Shown: positions 12,673 to 25,933, counted from the first letter of the stretch. The stretch is DNA of 64,000 nt from Octopus bimaculoides (GCF_001194135.2 NC_068983.1:140986580-141050579); one strand, 5' to 3'. The notes: generated by a model not told the origin, from the sequence alone. Translations and numbers: made by a program.

Positions 12673-12934
12673 GGCATATGGCGTAGTGGTTAAGAGAGCG
12701 GGCTATTAACCCCAAGATGCCGAGTTCGATTCCAAGCAGTGACCATAATAATAATGACATCGAAAACTGCCTTAGGAATGAGAACCCAAGTTCGAAATTT
12801 CCACACGGCACATGATGAAGGCTGGAGAGTATATCAGACGAAACGTTGTGTTAACAACAAACAAGATGCGAACAAATATCAGTCAAGTGTAAATAATGTA
12901 CATAATTCCACATCTCTCAAATACAGAACTGTAT
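12673..12934 (+). mobile_element. tRNA-headed, hammerhead-containing repeat, copy A
   Basis: A box TGGCGTAGTGG at 12679-12689, B box GAGTTCGATTCC at 12722-12733, short (AAT)n, then gcac-ATGATGA-A-GGCTG-gagagtatat-CAGAC-GAAA-CGTT-gtgt at ~12808-12851. Homologous to 27048-27404. Confidence 0.8.
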
Positions 12935-13300
12935 TGCCTGTTATTTTTTCTTCACTATATTTGTAATTATTTTTTTAAACGTTTTTATCAATTATCTTAA
13001 CTTCATTATATTATTACTATGTTTGTATATTCATATATTCATATGTCCATATATAGTTGTAATCATATGCTTTTATATTTTTTATATTTTTACATGTATT
13101 TCTATATGTATTTCTTATATATGAATATATGTTTTTTGAACAATTTCATCTTAAATTAAATCCATATGCATACGTGTCTATATACCACATAACAACAATT
13201 ATAATATATAATAAGAGGCAAAGACGGGTTCTGTACACACTTTGTATCTTTCATTTCAGTGTGGAGCATTCCAGATCTAGCGCTTTCAGTTCTTTAATCT

Positions 13301-13508
13301 GCAAGGGGATGCAAAAAGCTTCTGGATTTGGGAAAAAAAATACCGGAGGATCAGTTAATCATGACTTCATTCAACATATTCCCATCTCAGAGTCACTCAC
13401 TTATGTCAGCGTTCCTTCAGTTTTTGTAAGCCTTGTAAAAGAACTCCGGAGGTTGGTCCTCCAACCAAGCCTTTCGCCATACCAGAAACTTTTCAGCACC
13501 CCTTCGTA
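13301..13508 (-). mobile_element. Mariner-derived MITE (~210 bp)
   Basis: TIR tacgaagggggtgctgaaaagtttctgg with a degenerate partner at 13303-13325. The interior encodes a decayed transposase C-terminus (GLQKLKER..K..TLRxEYVE-like). Confidence 0.75.
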
Positions 13509-13666
13509 AGTGGGCTGTGTTCCTGTAAACAGGAACCCATAGAGTGTGTATTAATTCATCTATCTACCTATTGGTTTCTTTGTCTTTGTATTTACGTCAG
13601 CCTATCTCAGTATGTATGTATGTGTATTATGTGTATGCATATATTTATATATACGCATATATATAC

Positions 13667-13738
<72 letters not shown>

Positions 13739-14859
13739 ATTTTTCAGTCACTCAGTGTAGTTGTCTGTTTATCATTCTATCTATGAATCCCTTTGTTTTC
13801 TACCTTACCTTCTCTTCCAACTGTTATCGTTTTATTTGCAACTAGCTTTAGATTCGGTCGAGTTTCAGTCTTAAGTGAACGTGATGACTATTCAGGAAAA
13901 ATATGAACATGGACTTTATTGAAATATTGAATTCTGTATCTTGTATATGTGTATATGTGATTGTGTGTGTACCTGTGCGTGTGCGTGCGTGTTTAGTTAA
14001 ATGGATCCTTAAATTTTAAAAACGAGCAAAAGAACATATGTGTGGTGCTAATCTATTACAATGTCCTTGCGGTAATACACATTATAAGACAAATGCAATA
14101 TCTTAAAAGGCACAAATCTAAAACACAGGAAATGAACCACCATTTAGTTATAAATATCAGAGAATAAGAAGTCAGATGGTCAGATACACTGCCTGTGGGC
14201 TGTGAAGTTTCTATTCACAATTGAATATCACTATCTGATATTTCATATTTTCAGGTAGCTTAGTCTTTTCTGGACAACTTCTCAGCATATACTACTTGAA
14301 AAGTTCGTTTTCGTTTACCACAGAATAACACATCGCATGTAACTAATGCTATACATGAAGAGTAATGTTCTACGGGAAATGAATTTAATTTCCTAAAACC
14401 TCGCATACGTTTCCGAACATTACAAGCAGGTGTATTTGCGAGTATGTTTGTTTTTATAATTATAATTGAAATAATCACACGAAGGACCTTATTAAAAATT
14501 TGTAATCTGCTGGGATAACAATAAAAAATGCTATTTCACCAACAATCAATATCAAAAATTTCTATTCCATTAATATCTCAATCTGTTAGAAGTTATTTTA
14601 TCATGAATGCTCTGTACAGTGAAGGTAATCTTTAAAAAATATTTTGAGTATTTAATGAAATGCTACAATCGCATTTCCTAAAAAAAATAGTTGCTCCTTT
14701 CAAATGAAACTGAAGAACGATGTTTTTTGTTCATATCACTAAATATAAAATTAGAAAACAAATAATTAGAAAATATATTTTATAATGATCTGCCACTGAA
14801 CATCGCCTGGCAAAGGACTCAAACATGCAAGATACGTGAACGGAACATTACGCATGATA

Positions 14860-15063
14860 CTGGTTTTAAATTTTGGTACAAGGCCAGCAACATCATGGTA
14901 GGGAACGAATCGATTACATCGACCCAGTCCTCAAATGTTACTTATTTTATCGATCCTGGAAGGATGAAAAGCAAGTCGACCCCAACAACATTTGAACTCA
15001 TAACATAAATATGGACGAAGCATTTTATCTGGCGTTCTAACTGTTCTGCCAACTTGCCGCCTT
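14860..15063 (-). mobile_element. SINE family A, old copy (tail type A)
   Basis: aaattttggtacaaggccagcaa...atcgaccc...aaggatgaaaagcaagtcgacc...tttgaactca...ctgccaacttgccgcc. Confidence 0.75.
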
Positions 15064-17399
15064 TGTTACACCTAATATGGCAAGATGTTTGGTACTGCTC
15101 GTCTAGCTTTACTCGCTTCATAACCAGATTACATAAATTAATATCTATCTTAAAATGTGATTGTAACGTATATATGTTGAAACATTAAAAACCAAATTGT
15201 ATATCTTGTGTGCATTATCGTGTAATTTCGCAGACGAAGCAGACAAGAAAGATACTTATTCTATCGTTATATGAACACACTTTCAGAAGTCCTGTCCATT
15301 TTACAATTTGACACCAACCTAAGCTATCATTGTGTTATTATAATGACTACAATTTTTTCGAGATGCTTCAGAAATCTACAATAGATAATGAAATATTTCG
15401 ATCCAAGATTTGAAAATCGTAACTATTGAAATGATCTTACTTCAAATCTACTGCATTTTCAGAATCAAACTTTATATCATATCCTTTTTTCCTGACTTCG
15501 AAGATATATTTCAAAGATATATAAAGTTTTCACGTTAGAAGTAATTAAAATGAATATCCCAATTATATTATCTCATTATGCATTCATACATTTAAATTCT
15601 GGATAGACAAGCAAAGTATTTAGATATTTAGTGGCTATAGATTTTCGATTATTGTTCATTACCATTTCATCCATATGGACGAATTTCAAGGAAGAGAAAA
15701 GAAAAAAAAAAACAAATTGCTCGAAAGATAAAAGACTTCAAACAGAATAGTCGATATAATGTTGCTTGGAATAATAGCTCTGAGGTCGGTAATATCAGTG
15801 GATTTATGAGTGAGTATTTCGTTGGATAGGAAAATTGTATAGAACTTCAAAAAACCAATTGATATAGTTGTCTGGATTTGTATTTAGAGAGACGAATGTC
15901 TTGAGGGCACTGCCACATATACTTCTTGATGATTTGTAATAATGCATCTTTGAGAATAATATATTATTTGAATTGTATTGAAAGGCCATTAGGAGCAAAT
16001 GACAATTTTCGGTTAACATTTGCAAGGGTACGTTATTCTCTTCATAATGCTTTCTCGGTTTGACCACAGCCTCTTGGCTGAAACCCATAAATAAAAAATA
16101 AATAAATAAATATATACATACGTAGTCATGCACACATGTACAGGCATACATATACATAAATGTATGTCTGTAAATATAAACGCCAAGGTGTTCAAGCGAA
16201 TGTATCTTTGTGTGTAGTGTATGAAAGTACGTAAATATGTTTCTTCATATGTTTGAAATATACGAGCCTCTTATTCTAATTTTCCTAACTTATAAGCAGA
16301 GTGCTTTTACATGTTGAAGAAACAAAATTTTAAGTGCGTGCATAGGCACACACATATAACCATGAAGACAAACATAAAAAGATACATGTAAATATCTGTG
16401 TATGCATACTGTAAATATGAATAATAGATATTTGAAAAATTATTGAAAAATTAAATTTAAAAGAAAAATCTTTTTAAAGACATATTTGTATAGTATTCAA
16501 GTAACATTCGTATTTGTCTTGTTTCTGCCTCTCTCTGTTTCATTTGTTAACTCTTGTGGGTTCGAAGAAGGAGTGCTATGCTAGTAGCATTGTTAATTGG
16601 TTGGGTGTCCTGACATTGACCTGTTGAACAGATCTCAAGGATCGAAACCGGTTCTGTAATGTTCTTTATAAAAGTTTTTTAGCATTTTCTAGTTTGTCTT
16701 TTTTCCATATATATCTACTCGTGTGTTCCTCTTCAACCTTTTACATATATATATATATATATANNNNNNNNNNNNNNNNNNNNNNNNNNNNNNNNNNNNN
16801 NNNNNNNNNNNNNNNNNNNNNNNNNNNNNNNNNNNNNNNNNNNNNNNNNNNNNNNNNNNNNNNNNNNNNNNNNNNNNNNNNNNNNNNNNNNNNNNNNNNN
16901 NNNNNNNNNNNNNNNNNNNNNNNNNNNNNNNNNNNNNNNNNNNNNNNNNNNNNNNNNNNNNNNNNNNNNNNNNNNNNNNNNNNNNNNNNNNNNNNNNNNN
17001 NNNNNNNNNNNNNNNNNNNNNNNNNNNNNNNNNNNNNNNNNNNNNNNNNNNNNNNNNNNNNNNNNNNNNNNNNNNNNNNNNNNNNNNNNNNNNNNNNNNN
17101 NNNNNNNNNNNNNNNNNNNNNNNNNNNNNNNNNNNNNNNNNNNNNNNNNNNNNNNNNNNNNNNNNNNNNNNNNNNNNNNNNNNNNNNNNNNNNNNNNNNN
17201 NNNNNNNNNNNNNNNNNNNNNNNNNNNNNNNNNNNNNNNNNNNNNNNNNNNNNNNNNNNNNNNNNNNNNNNNNNNNNNNNNNNNNNNNNNNNNNNNNNNN
17301 NNNNNNNNNNNNNNNNNNNNNNNNNNNNNNNNNNNNNNNNNNNNNNNNNNNNNNNNNNNATATATATATATATATACAGATAGATAGATAGATAGATAA

Positions 17400-18300
17400 C
17401 TAGTTAAGTTTCGACTAACATTAGCCCAAGCCATGTCTAACATAATAGCTTCACCTGGGAAAGAGATTTAAAGATGCTTCATATTGGTCATTCTATGGGT
17501 ACCATAGCCCATTCGAGTATATAGTTATTGTTTGCAGATATATCTGGGGGTAAGTAGTTTATCTGGGATTTTGGGGAAATAATCGTCCAGGAACCGTTTA
17601 AATATTAGGAGATCCTTTTTATTTCTTGTGTCTTTATATTATGCTGAAGAGAGCAGAGCCAGCTGAGACAAAATAGTTCTTTCTAAGTGCTGTGATGTGA
17701 CGGGAGCATGACTTTTATAGAGGACGGATAGCATCGGGACCAAGACTTGAGGAAAATGTTTAAATGGATAACAACCTCAATTGAGCAGTAGTGTTGGAAT
17801 ATTTTTCATAGCATACAAATAATATAGCTTCCACGGAGACGTTGAAGGGGATAAGGATTGCCGTCTATTTTCCTTTAATCGATCTCTAAGGTGCTCCCGT
17901 TTTTACAATATTCTGTTTCAGATAGGAAGACCACAGCAGACAACAGTGTTCAAAGTGAGAACGGGTGAAGGCGGAGAACAGAAGGATAATGGAAGGAGGC
18001 TCTCTAAACTGAAAAGTCCTGAGGATCCAGGAGTACGCCTTGCTGGCGATGTCGACTTTGTTCTTTATGTGGGCACTCTATTTTAAGTTGTTGGCAACAG
18101 TAACTCCGAGGTCTCAAGCGATGTTTGATGCGATAAGGTTTTTCCCCTTTGGAAGAGTGTAGTAGCTTAAGTGCAATCCTTTTTTTTACCAAGTATATTA
18201 ATTCGAATTTATTCTCTTTCAGCTGCATATTGTAGTTTTCTGCCCATCGGATAACAGATCCGATTGGAGATTAATCTGCCCTGTTAATAACCTTCAGAAG
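17400..18300 (-). mobile_element. CR1/L2-group LINE reverse transcriptase C-terminal remnant
   Basis: LQSDLLS.RWAENYNMQLKENKFEL; DLGVTVANNLK.SAHIKNKVDIASKAYSWILRTFQFREP...FTRSHFEHCCLLWSSYLKQNI; SLQRLRG. Confidence 0.75.
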
Positions 18301-19792
18301 CTTAATTCTAATGCTGCTGTGTTTGATGATGTCAACTATGCTTGTATTTGATGATTTAATAAATAAACAGACAGACAGACAGACAAACAGATAAAGACAT
18401 TATACATTTCATATTACATATTTACGTACAATGCATGGCAACGAATGTTTACAATACTTACTTTTATATTTCAGATGCCCTCTGTACCAAGTACAATACT
18501 CATCTTCGTTATTTATTTTCTTCCTAACTTAATACATACTAATATACTACATAAAAAATGCTTTGATTTGTTATGTCTTCAAAATTATTTCAAATAGTAA
18601 AGTTCTGGTTCAAGTATCATCCACTTTTTATTCATGATCTCATTTGAAATACCCTATATATTTTTATCTCTTTCCTCCTAAGGAAAAAATAAATAAATAA
18701 ATAAAAACAGTTTCAAATGATGCCTGTGAAATCAATGACATTTATCCTTCCGCGTGGTGGGTCGACTAGTTTAACAATAGCTGATAACGCAAAAATGTAT
18801 TTGACGCATTTGTAATGTAAATCTTGATAGAATATAGTGAAACGATGCCAAAAGAGTCACAGCTTTAACTAACTAGATATGGGCTTAGGATGATCTAAAC
18901 AACAAAACTATATGTTCTTGTGGCAAACTGATAACTTTTAAATAATTTCAGTATAACTTCTGTAGCTCCATGACAACCAGGAACTTTTCCATTGTAATGC
19001 AAAATACTGAAATTCATTAAAAGAACCCTTAAATTTTGACAAGTAGAAACTTCCTATTATTTACGACTATTCTTTCCTATTAGGTTGTTCATTCCAATTT
19101 CCTTACGTTCTCTGCGAAATAGGATTTTCAATTCAATAGATTTGCATAGAAAGCGAAAACACAGTTGTTTAGTAAGACAAAAGCAACTGTAAATTTAAGG
19201 AAGGTACAAGAAATATGGCAAATCTAAGAGTTGTCATAAGGATATCTAAGCAGTAATTGGTTGCATGTCATTTAGCAATTTAGTTCATCATGTTATTTTT
19301 ACTGTTGATGTATTCAGTATTAGTTTTGAATTAACATCACACCATTTAGAACTTTGCAATGCCATTGAAAATTTGGAGAAATTTTTACTTAGAAATGCAT
19401 TTTGGAAAAGTAATTAATTGTAAATAAGTTTGATAGCTTAGTGAAATGTACAATTTCAATATATAGACGCACGTGCATATGCACAAGGGCACATCCACAC
19501 AGTATTCGAAGGTTTGCGAAAGAGAGATAGGAAGTAAGAGAGAGAGAGAGACAAACAGTCAGACAGAGACAGAGAGATTCAGTCTGATAAAGAGACACAC
19601 AGATGCATATACATATTACGCCACGAAAACATACATTTTAACACGTTCACACAAATGTATATAGACACGCACGTGATCATAAGTAGAATTTCGAGTGGGA
19701 ACTAAGCAAACGTTGATGCGTTTGATAATGCCTTGCACGAAACTTGTGGTCATGGAGTCGCGTATATAACTATATCGCTCATGAGGCATGTA

Positions 19793-19832
19793 ATTTCACC
19801 ACTTTGCATAATGAAATTGTTTTTAACCAATT
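19793..19832 (+). mobile_element. pogo/Tigger-like terminal inverted repeat fragment
   Basis: cagtaatccctcgactatcgcgggtgttacgttccaaaa resembles Tigger-type CAGT..TCCCTCG termini. No partner end was found. Confidence 0.4.
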
Positions 19833-21627
19833 TATGCAAGTAAATATCTATGCAGTAATCCCTCGACTATCGCGGGTGTTACGTTCCAAAACAACACGTC
19901 GAGGAATTATTGTAGACACACGCACAACATAGACATGAACTCATATATTTATAAGTAAATTAATATCTATCTATCTATCCATACATACATTTATATGTAT
20001 ATATATGTATATACATGTGTGTGTGTGTGCGTATGAATTGAGGATGTAATAATTAAGATGACTATACCAGTGGCCAGCGAATAAGATAAGCCATACCGGT
20101 AAAATAAATATTTAAGTATATAATTATAAATATATAATTATGATTAAGGGCGCTGGAGGGACAACGCCAGTACGCTAGAAGTAGATGACAAATTTCTACA
20201 AACAACTCAAAATTTATTCTGATTTTCTGCACAAGGCTGAATGCGAGGAAATGGACAGGATTTCGCCATACAGTTATCTATATCTATTGGTATATGCGAA
20301 ATTTAATGTGTATATATATATATATATATATATATCGATTAAAAGTCAGTTTGAATCTTGCTTGCTTGTGTGATTGCTTGCTTGTGTGCTTGCTTGTGTG
20401 CTTGCTTGCTTGTGTGCTTGCTTGCTTGTGTGCTTGCTTGCTTGCAATGTTACCCAGCCAAACTGGCACATAATGGTAAAATATTCCGAAAATACTCTTA
20501 ATCCTAAAAGGGAAGAAACTCTTATTTTTCGATTATGCATAGTCACTGGACAACGAAAAAATATGAGCTTTTTAACAGTGAATATTTTTTATTTCCGCTT
20601 TTGTTAAACACAATATCTTAATTATTTCGAAATATTTTTAAGTGAATGTGATTTCAAAAATGTGAATTGTTTGTACAGTAAGTATTTATATTTTAGTTTT
20701 CTTTAAACAGACAATATTTTAATGTTCTTTAAACTATTTTCAAGTGAATACCATTGCAAAAAGACTTTTTTGGCATATTTATATATTATTTTATAGTGAA
20801 AATTACCTTAAAAATACGGTAAATATTTCGTAAAAGACACGTTTGTAATCTCCGTGTGAAATAGTCTTTCCATGGGTTTTTTATTCGATTGCATTCCACG
20901 TATCTCACCTCCTAAGATTTGGCTGCCATTTCTAGCAAATCCTGCATACCACTTAACAGCTACGTCCGATAAAGGACCCGAAATACCTGTTACGTGATAG
21001 CATGTCATGCAAAAAATAGCAGCCAAATCTTTCTGTTTCTGGGGAAAGGGACCGTTTACGCGTGATTTCGATGTCACATTCGTGGAAAGCATGCGAAATA
21101 ACCTGGGAAAGAAAAAAAGCCACGAAACAAAACTCCGATGCTCGGAAACTCAGACTTTCCTGGTGAGGTAAGTATAGTATTTTATTTTTTAATCTCTCTT
21201 GCACTGTTATCTCTTCTTGGTCGATATCAGTTAATCTCAGCTATCACTTTGTTTCGGAATTTGGTATCAAATTTAACCTATTGTTTAAAGTACCAGTCAG
21301 TCAGTATAAGTTTCCAAACTTTCTGGAATGGAAGCTAATAAACCTGAGTAATGAGAAAGCTGATGCGGAGGGAACAAATATATGAAATATATTTTAAGAA
21401 AGAATGCATAACCGACAGAAAAGCCTTTTATTTTCTATAAAGCAAAGCGCAGTAATTTACTAGTCACTTCGTTTAGTATAATTATCTCCCATAAAAAAAA
21501 AAACTAATGATCCCACGAAAGATAAAAATATGATTACGAGCTCCAAACTAGGTACAAATTCAAAATCTAAACGGATATACTGCGATAAATAAGAATATGT
21601 ATATAAGTGATATCAAAGTTTATAATG

Positions 21628-21780
21628 TTGTTGCTGCTGCTGCCACTGCTGTTTCTGCCGCTGCAGTTGCTGCTGCTGCTGCTGATGATGATGATGAAGA
21701 GTTGAAGAAGAAGAAGAAGAAGAAGAAGAAGAAGAAGAAGAAGAAGAAGAAGAAGAAGAAGAAGAAGAAGAAGAAGAAGA
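21628..21780. repeat. Compound trinucleotide tract (GCT)n(GAT)n(GAA)n
   Basis: Direct reading. Confidence 0.95.
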
Positions 21781-22590
21781 TCTAAACAGTTAGAGTATTC
21801 AGGAAAGATACTGGAATATAATTTGTTGTGAATAAATGCATAGTACTAATTAGGAAGAGAGGACGGAAGGTAAATTTTGATGGCATAAAATAACTACAAG
21901 TCAAATACATTAGATCCCTATGGAGTAATAAGATATACAAATATCTAGAAATACTGAAATACGTCAGGATAATGGAAGGAGAAATGAGAGAGAAAATCAC
22001 TAAGAGGATCATTAAAAGACGCTCGAAATAAAATTACAGGAATATCATTAAACCCATAAATACATGGGCTACGTTTGTACTGAGATAGTCTGCTCTCTTT
22101 CTGAAATGCACAGAGCTCAAGCTACAGAACTTGTATAGTACTGGAAAGCTTCTCACAATACAATGCGCAGCGCACTTCACTTTAGAAATAATTTCAATTG
22201 ACTGTACCTACCATGAAAAGAAGGTGGCAGAAAATTACTAAACGCGAACGACACTGTTAATACAGGGATACTGTGTCTGAAAATTATGTTCTCAAGAGTA
22301 AAAAAAGAATACTGTGGGGAGCAAGAGACTAGAACGTGACTGAAACAGTACAAGAATTGAAATAGAAAAGGAAGAACAATAGAGGAACCAGATGGAAAGA
22401 AATGGAACATGGCCAATTCAGTCAACAAACAGAGAATGTCGAAGTAAAGATCAGTGGCTCTTGGTGACAGACGGAAAGGTGAAACGTGCCAAAAACTCTA
22501 ATTATAACCACTCAGGAACAAGCCCTTAGAAAAACCTAATGAAGGAATAAATCGACAAAACTTAGTCAGACAGCAAATGTAGAATCTGCG
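21781..22590 (+). mobile_element. R4/Dong-like LINE remnant (post-RT region)
   Basis: Decayed GNIIKPINTWATFVLR.SA...KLLTI..H...LYLP.KEGGRKLL motifs. Starts directly after a (GAA)n tract. Confidence 0.6.
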
Positions 22591-22595
22591 CTTTG

Positions 22596-22854
22596 CTTGT
22601 TCACCAGTAAGGTGCGATTTGACGTGGTGGAGATGACTCTCAAAGCATTAGTTGTTAAAACACCTTTAAGTCAGGCAGGCGAGACAGATCATCCCAACTC
22701 CCATCCACGAGCGATGGCATCAAAGTTTCGCTATGTTTGTAGCTTAACAACATTACGAGTAGTCTCACCTGTCTATGACTATCAGTCGTTTTAGCACTCG
22801 GCGCTTTGAGTGACTGGCCTCTGCGCGTAAAATTGCAGAGTACCAGGGAACAAG
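22596..22854. repeat. Palindromic MITE-like element, family F, copy 2
   Basis: cgtggtggagatgactctcaaagcattagttgttaaaacac...caggcgagaca aligns to the reverse complement of the 45141 element and folds back on itself. Confidence 0.7.
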
Positions 22855-22962
22855 GACAACACATGCATTACGTACGTGCTTTCGATACTATGTACAACAC
22901 TAATTCTTATTTGGATATATGTATATATTGCATTTCTAAATCTCTCAGAGAGCACGATAAAC

Positions 22963-23339
22963 TGATGGTTTGTTGCCAACTTAATGGGGCAGTCCTAAGA
23001 AACGGATGAATGATACTGCTATTTAGCCCCTGGAAACATCGTTTCCAGTTGGCTACGTGACACAAGCGTTCTGTGTCCCTAAGTTTTCAAACAGGGAAGA
23101 TATGCACCTCTACCCAGCAAAGCCAGCATCCAGAGACTAGTTTCAGTGCAATAACTCTGAAACAAGTCTCTGCATGCTGGGTTTGCTGGGTAGAGGTGCA
23201 TATCTTCCCTGTTTGAAAACCTAAGGACACAGAACGCTTGTGTCAGGTAACCAACTGGAAACGATGTTTCCAGGGGCTAAATAGCAGTAGCTTTCTCCCT
23301 TTCCTGGGATTGCCACATCAAGTTGGCAACAAGCCATCA
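22963..23339. repeat. 377-bp foldback palindrome (MITE-like)
   Basis: Arms 22963-23146 and 23157-23339 are highly similar reverse complements around a 10-nt loop. Confidence 0.95.
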
Positions 23340-23341
23340 CT

Positions 23342-23381
<40 letters not shown>

Positions 23382-24894
23382 GTACACACACATACACATA
23401 TACAAATACCCTCAAATACGCATGCACAAATACCTTAGCACAAGAATATCAATAATTATGAATATTTATTGGATGTTTTAACATATGAGATATTATAGAA
23501 AATGCCACATTTCGCATCCTCTCATTGGACAATCATCTGATTTTCGACTTTGAATGTAAGTGATTTAAAGCAGTAAATGCTATTCGTTGGGAAATTGAAA
23601 ATTACAGTGTTTAAATATTTCAGCAGAGCATTATTCTTATAGGTCAAGTGAGGATGTATTAAACCATGTATTATCAGTACCTTGCAATCCCCACTGATCG
23701 GGAGCTTGTTGAACAGTGATCATCAAATATATTTTTGAAATTACTATTGATTTCTTCCATTGGCACTCAAATATTTTTAGTCAAAGTTTATTATCAAATA
23801 CTCGGCTTCAGGGTAGGATTGATACTCAACTGATGTGCATAGAATTGATAAAACATGAAGCTAAAGCCATAGGAATAAGATGATATATTTATTACATTCT
23901 GAGAAGAATACGAACGCCCTATATTTCAAAGAACATGTAACGGAATTTTGTGATATATTTTCTAGGGTGGAGTAAAAGTGCAATCGATGGGATCACTCTT
24001 AAAATAATAATTAACACATTGTGGCTTTCTGCACTTACATCTCTACTCTGTAACTAATGTGTAAAAGTACAACAACCAGGAAAATAATGAAATTGATAGG
24101 AGGAAGTTCAAGATGAATTTTAGAATAATAAAATGTGTAAAGATTAAACAAAATGCTTGCACACATGTAGTTATGTATGTATACATATAAATATATATAT
24201 ATATATACATACATACACAAAACATGTACTCACACACGCACACACACATATATGTATATATATATAGAGAGAGAGAGAGAAAGATGTGTGGGAACATAAA
24301 AAAATCATCCTATCTGTTGGAAGAACATTAGATAAATGGACAACCCAGAATTGGATAAACGATATATACTAACTATAATAATCTAGGGCCCAGGTTTCTA
24401 ACTCTTCAAATACGTTTGTTATCGTAAATTTGATTAGTCTTCTTCAGCTATATTTACCTGGTCAATATTTCAGATGTTGCTTCATCAATGCCAGTATACT
24501 TGCCTGGACGCCTAGCCGTTAACAGAACCGAGAACAGAGAAAACGTTTTCAGTGAAAAAATTAAATATTCCAATACAAATGTGTTACTTTCCAGTCAGAT
24601 AAAACCGTAATGTTAGAAGTATAAATATAGAATAGTGGTACAACAAGGCACTAGCTTTTACTGGAAAGAGCAGTCGATAATTTTACGACGCTATAGTAAA
24701 GCTTCATTGTATATATTCTGGCAAATATGTGTGCAGGCAGCGATGTGCATAAGTTACTGTGTGTGTGTGTGTGTGTGTGTGTCTGCGTCCGTGTGTGTGT
24801 GTGTCTATGCGTTTGTGTGTGTGTGTGCGTCTGCGTGTGTTTATATATACACATCCATACATATATATGCATAGAAATATAAACGCATGTGCAT

Positions 24895-25058
24895 ATATAT
24901 AGAGAGAGAGAGGGAGAGAGAGAAAGAGACGGAGAGAGAAAGAGACAGAGAGAGAAAGAGACAGAGAGAGAAAGAGACAGAGAGAGAAAGAGACAGAGAG
25001 AGAAAGAGACAGAGAGAGAAAGAGACAGAGAGAGAAAGAGACAGAGAGAGAAAGAGAC
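24895..25058. repeat. 14-mer (GAGAGAAAGAGACA)n minisatellite running into a gap
   Basis: Direct reading. Confidence 0.95.
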
Positions 25059-25882
25059 NNNNNNNNNNNNNNNNNNNNNNNNNNNNNNNNNNNNNNNNNN
25101 NNNNNNNNNNNNNNNNNNNNNNNNNNNNNNNNNNNNNNNNNNNNNNNNNNNNNNNNNNNNNNNNNNNNNNNNNNNNNNNNNNNNNNNNNNNNNNNNNNNN
25201 NNNNNNNNNNNNNNNNNNNNNNNNNNNNNNNNNNNNNNNNNNNNNNNNNNNNNNNNNNNNNNNNNNNNNNNNNNNNNNNNNNNNNNNNNNNNNNNNNNNN
25301 NNNNNNNNNNNNNNNNNNNNNNNNNNNNNNNNNNNNNNNNNNNNNNNNNNNNNNNNNNNNNNNNNNNNNNNNNNNNNNNNNNNNNNNNNNNNNNNNNNNN
25401 NNNNNNNNNNNNNNNNNNNNNNNNNNNNNNNNNNNNNNNNNNNNNNNNNNNNNNNNNNNNNNNNNNNNNNNNNNNNNNNNNNNNNNNNNNNNNNNNNNNN
25501 NNNNNNNNNNNNNNNNNNNNNNNNNNNNNNNNNNNNNNNNNNNNNNNNNNNNNNNNNNNNNNNNNNNNNNNNNNNNNNNNNNNNNNNNNNNNNNNNNNNN
25601 NNNNNNNNNNNNNNNNNNNNNNNNNNNNNNNNNNNNNNNNNNNNNNNNNNNNNNNNNNNNNNNNNNNNNNNNNNNNNNNNNNNNNNNNNNNNNNNNNNNN
25701 NNNNNNNNNNNNNNNNNNNNNNNNNNNNNNNNNNNNNNNNNNNNNCATATAAATATACATATATATATATACATATATATATATACATATATATATATAC
25801 ATATATATATATACATATATATTCATATATATGTATATACATATATATATATACATACATATATATACATATATATGCATAG

Positions 25883-25933
<51 letters not shown>

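Noticed and set aside
12673-12745. Functional tRNA gene (also SINE heads at 50190-50262, 52897 and others)
   Set aside because: The acceptor and anticodon stems do not pair properly, there is no oligo-T terminator, and each head continues into a repeat body.
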